A stretch of DNA of 64,000 bases, from positions 1,256-65,255 of the forward strand of contig CADEGR010000005.1 in the NCBI GenBank assembly GCA_902826935.1. The letters run 5' to 3'. The position numbers and the translations under genes are program-made. Source of the DNA: an uncultured Alphaproteobacteria bacterium (lineage in GTDB: Bacteria > Pseudomonadota > Alphaproteobacteria > Geminicoccales > Geminicoccaceae). This document shows positions 37,149 through 45,343 of this stretch, piece after piece. Under the pieces are notes generated by a model. The model saw nothing but the letters and a program-made list of their open reading frames with translations, was not told where the DNA came from and searched no databases. Every line of letters starts with the position of its first letter. The first letter of the stretch is position 1.

Positions 37149-38885
37149 ATGATCGAACGCAGGCGCTACGAGACGCTCCGCAGCTATCGCTGGTTCGGCG
37201 TGCGCGATCTGCGTGCCTTCGGCCATCGCTCTCGCGCCCTGCAAATGGGCTACGACGCCCAGGACTGGGCCGGCAAGCCGGTGATCGGGATCATCAATAC
37301 CTGGTCGGACATCAACCCCTGCCACGCCCACTTCAAGCAGCGTGCCGAGGAGATCAAGCGGGGCGTGCTGCAGGCCGGCGGCTGGCCGCTCGAGCTGCCG
37401 GCGATGTCGCTGGCCGAGCCTTATGTCAAGCCGACCACCATGCTCTACCGCAACTTCCTCGCCATGGAGTGCGAGGAGCTGATCCGCTCCCATCCCATCG
37501 ATGGCGTCGTGCTCCTGGGTGGCTGCGACAAGACCACGCCGGCGCTCCTGATGGGCGCCACCAGCTGCGGCCTGCCAACGATTTTCGTGCCGGCCGGGCC
37601 GATGTTGCGCGGCCATTGGCGGGGCCAGGTCCTGGGCAGCGGCTCAGATAGCTGGAAGTACTGGGACGAGCTGCGGGCCGGTCGGATCACCGAGGCTGAC
37701 TGGGACGAGATCGAAGGCGGCATTGCCCGCAGCCATGGCCATTGCATGACCATGGGCACGGCCAGCACCATGACCGCGGCGACCGAAGCCCTGGGCCTGA
37801 CCTTGCCCGGCGCTTCCTCGATTCCGGCGGCCGATGCCAACCACGCCCGGATGGCGGCGCAGTCCGGCCGCCGAATCGTCGAGATGGTCTGGCAAGATCT
37901 CGCGATCGGCCAGATCCAGACCCGGCCGGCCTTCGAGAACGCGATCCGTGCGGTCATGGCGCTGGGCGGTTCGACCAACGCGATCGTGCATCTGATCGCC
38001 CAGGCGCGCCGTGCCGGCCACCAGCTCGGCCTGGACGATTTCGACCGGATCGGCCGCGAGGTCCCGGTGCTCGCCAACATCCGGCCGTCGGGCAGCCAGT
38101 ATCTGATGGAGGACTTCTATTATGCCGGCGGCCTGCGCGCCGTGCTGGCCCGGCTGCCGGACCAGCTGGCGCTCGATTGCCTGACCGTCAATGGCCGCAG
38201 CCTGGGCGACAACCTGGCCGGCGCTGCCAGCTGCAATGACGACGTGATCCGACCGCGCGATCAGCCCGTCTATCCGGAGGGCTCGCTCGCGGTCCTGCGC
38301 GGCAACCTGGCGCCGGACGGCGCCGTCATCAAGCCGGCCGCCTGCGAGCCGCGCCTGTGCCAGCATCGAGGCCCCGCGTTGGTGTTCGACAGCTACGGCG
38401 AGCTGAAGCAGGCGGTCGACCGGGACGATCTCGAGGTCACGCCGGACCATGTCCTGGTCCTGCGCAATGCCGGCCCCAAAGGTGGGCCCGGCATGCCGGA
38501 ATGGGGCATGCTGCCGATTCCGAAAAAGCTGGTTCGCGCCGGGGTGCGCGATCTGCTGCGCTTGTCGGATGCCCGCATGTCCGGCACCAGCTATGGCGCC
38601 TGCGTGCTGCATGTGGCGCCGGAAAGCTTCATCGGCGGTCCGCTGGCCTTGATCCGGACCGGCGATGTGATCGCGATCGACGTCGCCGCGCGCCGCATCG
38701 ACGTGCTGCTGGACGATGCCGAGCTGGCCCGGCGCCGCGCCACCTGGACGCCGCCGCCGCCGCGCTACGAGCGCGGCTTCGGCTACATGTTCAGCCAGCA
38801 CATCACCCAGGCCGACCAGGGCTGCGACTTCGATTATCTTGAGACCAGCCACGGCCGCCCGATCGACGAGCCGGCGATCTACTAG
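37149..38885 (+). CDS. IlvD/Edd family dehydratase (sugar-acid dehydratase type)
   Basis: LRSYRWFG...PVIGIINTWSDINPCHAHF...LLGGCDKTTPALLMG...HCMTMGTASTM... Confidence 0.9.
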   Translation: MIERRRYETLRSYRWFGVRDLRAFGHRSRALQMGYDAQDWAGKPVIGIINTWSDINPCHAHFKQRAEEIKRGVLQAGGWPLELPAMSLAEPYVKPTTMLYRNFLAMECEELIRSHPIDGVVLLGGCDKTTPALLMGATSCGLPTIFVPAGPMLRGHWRGQVLGSGSDSWKYWDELRAGRITEADWDEIEGGIARSHGHCMTMGTASTMTAATEALGLTLPGASSIPAADANHARMAAQSGRRIVEMVWQDLAIGQIQTRPAFENAIRAVMALGGSTNAIVHLIAQARRAGHQLGLDDFDRIGREVPVLANIRPSGSQYLMEDFYYAGGLRAVLARLPDQLALDCLTVNGRSLGDNLAGAASCNDDVIRPRDQPVYPEGSLAVLRGNLAPDGAVIKPAACEPRLCQHRGPALVFDSYGELKQAVDRDDLEVTPDHVLVLRNAGPKGGPGMPEWGMLPIPKKLVRAGVRDLLRLSDARMSGTSYGACVLHVAPESFIGGPLALIRTGDVIAIDVAARRIDVLLDDAELARRRATWTPPPPRYERGFGYMFSQHITQADQGCDFDYLETSHGRPIDEPAIY

Positions 38886-38909
38886 GACCGGTGCCGCTGC
38901 CAGATTCGC

Positions 38910-39332
38910 TCAGTCCAGGAACTTGATTGCCTGGCCGCGGCCTTCGAGCACGCTGCCATCGAGGCCCTCGCGGATCCTCTGGAAGCGGGTCTCGATGATG
39001 GCATCCGCACCAATGGTTGCGGCCTTGGCACGCATCAGCGCCGCCAGCTCGGCCTCCGTCGGATCGGGCTGCAGGATCGTGGTCTTGTGCAAGGTCACGG
39101 TGATTTCGCCCAGGCTCTGGTAGCGGCGCTCGCTGCCAGCCTCGCTCACGGCGATGCGGGCAGGATCGGTCGGCATGGTGATATAGGGCTGCTCCGCGAC
39201 CGGCGGTTGCACGTCGCTCTCCGACCAGCTGGGTGTGCAGGCCGCCAGCACGAAGCCGGCAAAGACCGCAGCAGGCCAGCCAGACCACTGCCGGCCGCTG
39301 CCGCCATGTCGATCCGCCGCTGCCATGAGCAT
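38910..39332 (-). CDS. hypothetical lipoprotein
   Basis: Lipobox FVLAAC after a hydrophobic segment. The C-terminal LMRAKAATIGADAIIETRF is YbjQ-like. The start is taken at ATG 39332, inside a longer ORF. Confidence 0.45.
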   Translation of the reverse strand: MLMAAADRHGGSGRQWSGWPAAVFAGFVLAACTPSWSESDVQPPVAEQPYITMPTDPARIAVSEAGSERRYQSLGEITVTLHKTTILQPDPTEAELAALMRAKAATIGADAIIETRFQRIREGLDGSVLEGRGQAIKFLD

Positions 39333-39495
39333 TTCCGCCGGGCTTTGGCCCCAGCCTTCAAGTGGGTTGGCCGTGGGCGCCCGGCAACGCCGATCGGCTG
39401 GATCGGCGTCGCTAACGAATCCTTGGCGAAATCGCGGCACAATCGGCAGCTGACCAGGTTGGCCGAAAAGCATGACGCAACCGTAGGATGGATTC

Positions 39496-39996
39496 GTGAC
39501 CAGGATCGATCAGCCGAATATGTTCTCGGCCCCGCTCCGGGAGGTGTCGCCCCGAACGGCGCCGGCGGCTGCGGTCGAACCACGTGCCCATAGCGTGGAT
39601 GTGCAGGCCACGATCGACGTGATCCGACGCGAGATGGTCCGCTCCGCCGACATGTTGAGCGAGCTGGCCGGCAGCCTGACCGAGGAGCTGCTGGGCCTGA
39701 TGCAGCTTGGCAGCGATCCGGCCGTCAACGTCCTGGTCGGCCGGATGAGCCAGATTCTGCAGGTCGAGGATCGCATCCAGCAGCGCCTGCAGGATATCTG
39801 CGTGGCGCTGTCCCTGCTCCAGGATGCCATGGAGGCCGACGGCGAGATCCCGATGGATCGGCTGGCCAGTCTGATTGCCCAACGCCTGATGCTGGGCGAG
39901 ATGCGGATCGCCTTCGCCGGCCTGGACGGGGCCGGCCCGGCCGACGATCCGGCATCGCCGCCGGGCGCGCAGCCAGGCGAGATCGACCTGTTCTGA
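39496..39996 (+). CDS. hypothetical protein
   Basis: 166-aa ORF (GTG start) with helical, acidic composition. No motif recognised. Confidence 0.35.
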   Translation: MTRIDQPNMFSAPLREVSPRTAPAAAVEPRAHSVDVQATIDVIRREMVRSADMLSELAGSLTEELLGLMQLGSDPAVNVLVGRMSQILQVEDRIQQRLQDICVALSLLQDAMEADGEIPMDRLASLIAQRLMLGEMRIAFAGLDGAGPADDPASPPGAQPGEIDLF

Positions 39997-40029
39997 CGAC
40001 CGAGGCGCAGGCGCGCCCGGGCCGATTCG

Positions 40030-40599
40030 TCAGCGCACCGAATGGCCGCCGCGCACCAGCTGGACGCGGCTGGCCTGCGGGCCCATCGGACCTTCGCCGG
40101 CGGCCAGCGTGTAGAGCACCTGGCAGCCGACCGTCAGCGCCGCGAAGTCGCCGTTGTTGACCACGTCACGGTGGAAATAGACGTTCGGCTGGGTCGGCGT
40201 CTCGATGAAGCCGTAGCCCTGCTCCTGATAGAGCTGGACCACATGGGCATAGACCGGTCCGTCATGGGCCTTGACCTCGTGCCGGTTGATCCGGCGCTGA
40301 TCCTCCAGCTGCCGCTCCAGCGCGTCGAACGCCACGCCGATCACGGCGTAGGCATCGCCGTGGCTCTCGTGATGCCGCTGCTCGCGCTTGACCACGATCT
40401 CCTTGCCGGGCGTGCTGACGTCGATGGTGATGCCGACGGTGCTGCGATGCGGCTGCTTGTGGGGCGCTTCGATGGTCACCCGGCAGGCCACGAGGTTGTT
40501 GCCGACCTTGCTCAGCCGGGCGACCCGCTGGCGCACCCGCGCCTCGATCGCATCGGAGCGCGCCAGATTGTGGAAGTTGATCTTGAGCGGCACCTGCAT
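40030..40599 (-). CDS. HPF/RaiA (ribosome-associated inhibitor) domain fused to a cold-shock domain
   Basis: The N-terminal ~110 aa, MQVPLKINFHNLARSDAIEARVRQRVARLSK...DAYAVIGVAFDALERQL, is HPF/YfiA-like. The C-terminal ~70 aa, VVQLYQEQGYGFIETPTQPNVYFHRDVV...GCQVLY, is CSD-like with an RNP1-type GYGFI motif. Confidence 0.8.
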   Translation of the reverse strand: MQVPLKINFHNLARSDAIEARVRQRVARLSKVGNNLVACRVTIEAPHKQPHRSTVGITIDVSTPGKEIVVKREQRHHESHGDAYAVIGVAFDALERQLEDQRRINRHEVKAHDGPVYAHVVQLYQEQGYGFIETPTQPNVYFHRDVVNNGDFAALTVGCQVLYTLAAGEGPMGPQASRVQLVRGGHSVR

Positions 40600-40881
40600 C
40601 GTCAGCTCCTCGCTAAGACCAGCACCATCGCCGAGCGGGCTTCGGCTGCGCCAAGCGGCGCCTGATATGCGCCCCGACCGCGCCGTCAGACCGTCGGCCG
40701 GTCAGCATCATAGCAGCAGCCGATCCGCCGCTCATCAATCATGAGTGACACGCAGCGCCTGCTTCCTCGCGGCGACGGCTGGCGGCCCTGACCCGACCCG
40801 ACGCTTAGTCATTTCTTAAGGACAACGCGCTAGCCTCTCCGCGGTTGCAACCGGACCCGGCCAGCCGGCGGGTCGAGGCTG

Positions 40882-41538
40882 ATGGGACAGGCGAATATGG
40901 CGAGCCCGCTCACCCTCTGGTCACGGCGCCGCCTGCTGACGGCGGCGGCGGTCGTGCCGGTGCTGGCTCTGCCGGGCGAGGTCTTGGCCGGCGCGCGCGA
41001 GGACGCCGCCAGCGGGGTCGTGCGCGGGCTGGTCGAGCAGATTCTGGCGGTCCTGCAGCAGGGCGCGCTCGACGGCGAGCAGGCGCGCGCCCTCATGCGC
41101 GTGATCGAGCAGCGGACCGATCTGACGCTGCTCGCGCGCCTGGCCATGGGCCGGCACTGGCGAACTGCCACCCAGGAGCAGCAGGCCAGCTATGTCGAGC
41201 TGTTCCGACGCTATGTCCTGCAGTCCTTCGTCCGCCGCTTGAGCCAGGTCGCCACGGTCGAGATCGGCAGCCCGGCCGAGCGGTTCTCGATCCTCGCCAG
41301 CCGGCCGGTCGATGCCCAGGACGTGCTGGTCAGCTCCAAGGTGGTGCCGCCGTCGGGGCCGCCGCTCAAGGTCGACTGGCGGCTGCGCGAGCAGCCGGGC
41401 GGGCCGGTGATCATCGACCTCCTGGTCGAGGGGGTCAGTCTGTTGATCAATCAGCGCGCCGAGTTCGGCGCGGTGCTGGAGCGCTCTGGCGTCGATGGCC
41501 TGCTGCAGCTGCTCGAGGCCAGAAGCGCGAGCGCCTGA
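40882..41538 (+). CDS. MlaC/Ttg2D-family periplasmic lipid-binding protein
   Basis: Twin-Arg-like signal SRRRLLTAAAVV. LARLAMGRHWRTATQEQQASYVELFRRYVLQSF...VDWRLRE..GGPVIIDLLVEGVSLLINQRAEF. Confidence 0.8.
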   Translation: MGQANMASPLTLWSRRRLLTAAAVVPVLALPGEVLAGAREDAASGVVRGLVEQILAVLQQGALDGEQARALMRVIEQRTDLTLLARLAMGRHWRTATQEQQASYVELFRRYVLQSFVRRLSQVATVEIGSPAERFSILASRPVDAQDVLVSSKVVPPSGPPLKVDWRLREQPGGPVIIDLLVEGVSLLINQRAEFGAVLERSGVDGLLQLLEARSASA

Positions 41539-41611
41539 TCGTCGCTGTGCCCGCAGTCTGATCGGCGATCCACAAGCGGGCCGGATCTGGCCCCGCAGAG
41601 TTTTGCCGCCG

Positions 41612-42253
41612 TCACGAGGTCTCGGCGCGGGCGCGCAGGTTGGCCAGCAGGCCGTCCGGCCCGCCCCGCTCCAGGATGGCTGCGAAATCGGCGCGCTGCG
41701 TCACCAGCAGGCTGACGCCCTCGATGATCACGTCGATGATCGCGGCTCGGCCGCCGCTTTGCCGCAAACGCCAATCGATGGTCACCGATGGCCGCGAGCG
41801 CAGGCTCAGCTTGGTCCGGACCAGCGCGTCCTGCCGGCCGACCGGATGGCTATCGGTCACCATGAAATGGTCTTCATAGCGGCCTTCCACGTCGGCGGCG
41901 TAGGCGTCCAGGCGGCGGGCCAAGGAACGGATCACCACCGCATCGAACAGCTGCTGATAGGCGGTCCTCTGCTGGTCGTCCAATTGCCGCCAGTTCCGGC
42001 CTAGGGCCAGGCGGCTGAGCAGCCTGACGTCGGTCCGGGCGGTCAGCGCCTGGCGCAGCCGCTCAACCCGGTCCGGCGTGGCCTGGCCCTGCAGCAGCGA
42101 CCAGACCTCGCGGCCAAGCTCGATGACGATCTCGCGTTCGGCCGCCGTCTTGGGCAGGCCGAGCGCGCGGCCAGGCAGGCCGGCCAGCGTTGCGAGCGAC
42201 GCCAGGCCCGCCATCAGCTCCCGTCTGGAATAGGCGTGGTTCGGAGCAACCAT
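41612..42253 (-). CDS. MlaC/Ttg2D-family periplasmic lipid-binding protein (paralogue)
   Basis: SRRELMAGLASL signal. LSRLALGRNWRQLDDQQRTAYQQLFDAVVIRSL...IDWRLRQSGGRAAIIDVIIEGVSLLVTQRADF. It is convergent with 40882-41538. Confidence 0.8.
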   Translation of the reverse strand: MVAPNHAYSRRELMAGLASLATLAGLPGRALGLPKTAAEREIVIELGREVWSLLQGQATPDRVERLRQALTARTDVRLLSRLALGRNWRQLDDQQRTAYQQLFDAVVIRSLARRLDAYAADVEGRYEDHFMVTDSHPVGRQDALVRTKLSLRSRPSVTIDWRLRQSGGRAAIIDVIIEGVSLLVTQRADFAAILERGGPDGLLANLRARAETS

Positions 42254-42389
42254 GCTGGCGCATCTCCGCAGCAATTGACCGCTTCGGCCAGCCGACCGGC
42301 GGCCGGCGAGGCAGGGGTGACGATTGGCTACCCATCAAGCGCAGAACGAGGCTGCAGGCAGAAAGATCCAGCGCGTCCAGCCGCACCGG

Positions 42390-42908
42390 TCACGTCAGGG
42401 CGTCGATGTCCGCTTCGGTCAGCCGGCCCGGCACCAACATCACCGGCACCTTCATCTCCTTGCCCATCCGACTGATAAGATAGGTGACCAGCGGGCCAGG
42501 ATCCTCCCGATCGATCGCCGTGCCGAGCACCAGGATCGAAATCCGCCGGTCCTCGTCGATCTGGGCCAGCACCTGCTCGCGCCGCACGCCTTCGCGCAGA
42601 TGCAGAACCGGCATCTTGCCGGTGATCGCCTGGACCTGCTGGGCCAGCATCTGCAGGGTCTGCTCGGCCTGCTCGCGGGCCTCTTCCTGCATGACCCGCT
42701 CGACGCCCAGCCAATGCTGGAACTCCGGCGGCTCGAGCACGTAGAGCATGGCGACCCGGCCACCGGTGCGCTGGGCGCGCCGGCAGGCATAGTAGAGCGC
42801 CGTCTTCATCTCCTGGGTGTCATCGACCACGACCAGGAAGACGCGCTCGCCCACGGCGACCTGGGGCGAAGGCGTGGCACTCGGCGCGGACGGCTGCTCT
42901 GGGACCAT
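42390..42908 (-). CDS. universal stress protein (UspA family)
   Basis: VFLVVVDDTQEMKTALYYACRRA...ILVLGTA....VPVMLVPG. Confidence 0.8.
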   Translation of the reverse strand: MVPEQPSAPSATPSPQVAVGERVFLVVVDDTQEMKTALYYACRRAQRTGGRVAMLYVLEPPEFQHWLGVERVMQEEAREQAEQTLQMLAQQVQAITGKMPVLHLREGVRREQVLAQIDEDRRISILVLGTAIDREDPGPLVTYLISRMGKEMKVPVMLVPGRLTEADIDALT

Positions 42909-42911
42909 GGC

Positions 42912-43661
42912 TCACGCTCTGCGAAAGAGGATGCCGGCCAGCCAACCCATTGTCACCGCCAGCAGGACCGCGATCAAGCCGTGCACCATGGGCCGGGTAT
43001 AGGCGAAATCGTAGATGTCCGCTTCGAAGCCCACCTTGCTGATCACCAGGGTGCTGCGCTGGGCGCCCACCACCTGGCCATCCTTGAACTGCAGCACCTG
43101 GACCTTGTAGAGGCCGGGGGAGACATTGGCCGGGAAGCGGAAGGTGGTGCGAAACAGGCGTGGCCCAAGGAAGCGCACCTCGCCGGGCTCGGCACTGTAC
43201 AGGCGCTGCTGCTGCTTGTTGCGGATCAGGGCGGCGCGAAAGTCCGCGACCTCGGCCGCGCCAACCGCTTCCGGCGGCGGCTGCAGCCGCAGATGCTCCG
43301 GCCCCAGCTCCAGCTGATCCAGCAGCTCCGGCTCGGCGATGCTGGCCATGGGCGCGGTGCTGGCCAAGGCGTAGTAGCTGGGCACGTTGCGAAACCGCAT
43401 CCGGTCGCTGTTCAGCCAGATGCCCGCGATCCGCTCCTTGCGCCACACGGTCTGGCGCGCGCGTGGCCCTTCGAGCAGCACGGCGATCTCGCCGGTGCCG
43501 TCGGTGGTGCCGAACAGGACCACCTCGCTGCCGACAAACGCCGTGGTGATCGCGATCAGGTGCTGCGACAGGTCGGCGACCAGCTCATTGGCGCGCAGCT
43601 GGCCCGGCGCCCAGATCGGCAGCAGCCACAAGGTCAGCCAGCACCACCAGGCGGCCCGCAT
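42912..43661 (-). CDS. TIGR02186 (Alph_Pro_TM) family membrane protein
   Basis: 249 aa beginning MRAAWWCWLTLWLLPIWA. ..IAITTAFVGSEVVLFGT... C-terminal TM helix. ATGA overlap with the upstream TSUP gene. Only the 3' part of ORF 42912-44600 is real. Confidence 0.75.
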   Translation of the reverse strand: MRAAWWCWLTLWLLPIWAPGQLRANELVADLSQHLIAITTAFVGSEVVLFGTTDGTGEIAVLLEGPRARQTVWRKERIAGIWLNSDRMRFRNVPSYYALASTAPMASIAEPELLDQLELGPEHLRLQPPPEAVGAAEVADFRAALIRNKQQQRLYSAEPGEVRFLGPRLFRTTFRFPANVSPGLYKVQVLQFKDGQVVGAQRSTLVISKVGFEADIYDFAYTRPMVHGLIAVLLAVTMGWLAGILFRRA

Positions 43662-44578
43662 CAGCGTTGCCTCGAGCTGCCCAGGGAAAACGGATCGGCC
43701 GGCGGCGTGAACAGGTCGTAGCCGACCTTGCCGCAAACCAGGAGGACCATGACCGCCAGCAGGATCCGGATCTGCTCGCCGCGCAGCCGGGCGCCCAAGC
43801 TGGAGCCGAACTGGGCGCCGATCACGCCGCCGACGATCAGAGCCAGCGCCAGGACCACGTCGACCGTCTGATTGTTCGCCGATTGCAGGAAGGTCGTGAT
43901 CGCGGTCACGAAGGTGATCTGGAACAGCGACGTGCCGATCACGATCGCGGTCGGCATGCCGATCAGGTAGATCATCGCCGGCACCATCAAGAAGCCGCCG
44001 CCAACCCCCATGACCGCGGCCAGGATGCCGACCAGCAGGCCGAGCCCCAGCGGCATCAGGGCGCTGATGTACAGACGCGAGCGCTGGAAGCGCAGCTTGA
44101 AGGGCAGGCCATGCAACCAATAGTGATGATGCAGCTTGCGCCGGCTGGCATGGCTGCGCAGCCGGAACCAGGCGCGCAGCGATTCGATCAGCATCAGGCA
44201 GCCGACCGTGCCCAGGAACAGGACGTAGGATAAGGAGATGACCAAGTCGATCTGGCCGATCTTCTGCAGCCAGCCGAACAGCGCGACCCCCAGGCCGGAG
44301 CCGGCGATGCCGCCGATGGTGAGCACCAGCCCCATCTTCACGTCGACATTGCGCCGGCGCATGTGGGCGATCACCGCGGAGCTGGAGGAGGCCAGGATCT
44401 GGGCGGCCCCGGTGCCGACCGCGACCGCCGGCGGGATGCCTGAAAAGATCAACAGCGGCGTCATCAGAAAGCCGCTGCCCACCCCGAACACGCCGGACAG
44501 GAACCCGACCAGCCCGCCCAGGCCCAGCAGCAAGAACAGATTGACCGATATCTCGGCGATCGGCAGGTAGATATCCAT
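43661..44578 (-). CDS. TSUP (TauE/SafE) family anion exporter
   Basis: LGLGGLVGFLSGVFGVGSGFLMTPLL, repeated in the second half (AVMGVGGGFLMVPAM). 8 TM segments. Confidence 0.9.
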   Translation of the reverse strand: MDIYLPIAEISVNLFLLLGLGGLVGFLSGVFGVGSGFLMTPLLIFSGIPPAVAVGTGAAQILASSSSAVIAHMRRRNVDVKMGLVLTIGGIAGSGLGVALFGWLQKIGQIDLVISLSYVLFLGTVGCLMLIESLRAWFRLRSHASRRKLHHHYWLHGLPFKLRFQRSRLYISALMPLGLGLLVGILAAVMGVGGGFLMVPAMIYLIGMPTAIVIGTSLFQITFVTAITTFLQSANNQTVDVVLALALIVGGVIGAQFGSSLGARLRGEQIRILLAVMVLLVCGKVGYDLFTPPADPFSLGSSRQR

Positions 44579-44739
44579 GGAAACAGCTGCGGCGGGTCAC
44601 AGGGGCAAGCGTGGCGCAACCATCGCCGCCGCGCCCGGCGACGTCAACCCGCCGGCTCGCGAAATACGAGAAGTCGGACCGGTTTTTTAGCCAGATCGGT
44701 TGGCTGCAGATGCGCCAGGTACGGTGCGGCTGGGGTCAT

Positions 44740-44760
44740 GTTGCGCCGCTGCGGCGCAAC
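44740..44760. promoter_or_regulatory. perfect 10-bp inverted repeat between arsR-like gene and TSUP operon
   Basis: GTTGCGCCGC-T-GCGGCGCAAC. The GGCGCAAC half-site recurs at 44614-44621. Confidence 0.3.
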
Positions 44761-44814
44761 CGTTGGCGCTGGTGCTCAGCGCTACTCCCCGGGCCGGCCA
44801 TGGCCCGCCGAGCG

Positions 44815-45204
44815 TCAGGCCGCAGGCAGCTGCGCCTGCTGATTGGAGGCGGTCAGCGGCATCCGATCGGTGAAGGGCGGGATGGCGCGATTGCCATTGC
44901 AATACAGGCGATGCAGGGTCTCGATCACCGCCTTCGCCTGATCGCCGCTGGCGCAGTAGAAGATGGTCTGCGAGCAGCGCCGCGTGCTGACCAAGCCGTC
45001 CTTGCGCAGGCGCGCAAGGTGCTGCGACAAGGCCGACTGGCTGAGCCCGATCCGATCGACCAGCTCGCCCACCGAGCGCTCGCCCTCCAGAAGCGAGCAC
45101 AGGATCATCAACCGATGCTCATTGCCCAATGTTCGCAATAGACCAGAGGCCTCCCTCGCGCGAGGCTCCAACTCTCTCGAGTCCATTCCGCTTCCCCATA
45201 GCAT
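44815..45204 (-). CDS. ArsR/SmtB family transcriptional regulator
   Basis: LLRTLGNEHRLMILCSLLEGERSVGELVDRIGLSQSALSQHLARLRKDGLV. The start is ATG 45204 or 45186. Confidence 0.85.
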   Translation of the reverse strand: MLWGSGMDSRELEPRAREASGLLRTLGNEHRLMILCSLLEGERSVGELVDRIGLSQSALSQHLARLRKDGLVSTRRCSQTIFYCASGDQAKAVIETLHRLYCNGNRAIPPFTDRMPLTASNQQAQLPAA

Positions 45205-45343
45205 GGGCAAGCCCCTAAGGGCCGACTGATCGGGACCGTCGCATCGGTTCGACCGGGTTGATGACAAATAGTCGCATCCGCGTGAGCTTTCCAGTCCGAA
45301 CCGCCCTGCCGTGCTGTCTCACAGCAACGCTGTGGCAAATCAG

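Noticed and set aside
42912-44600. 562-aa minus-strand ORF spanning the TSUP gene region.
   Set aside because: The N-terminal 313 codons are an alternative frame over the well-supported TSUP/TauE gene (43661-44578). The real product is the 249-aa TIGR02186-type protein starting at ATG 43661.
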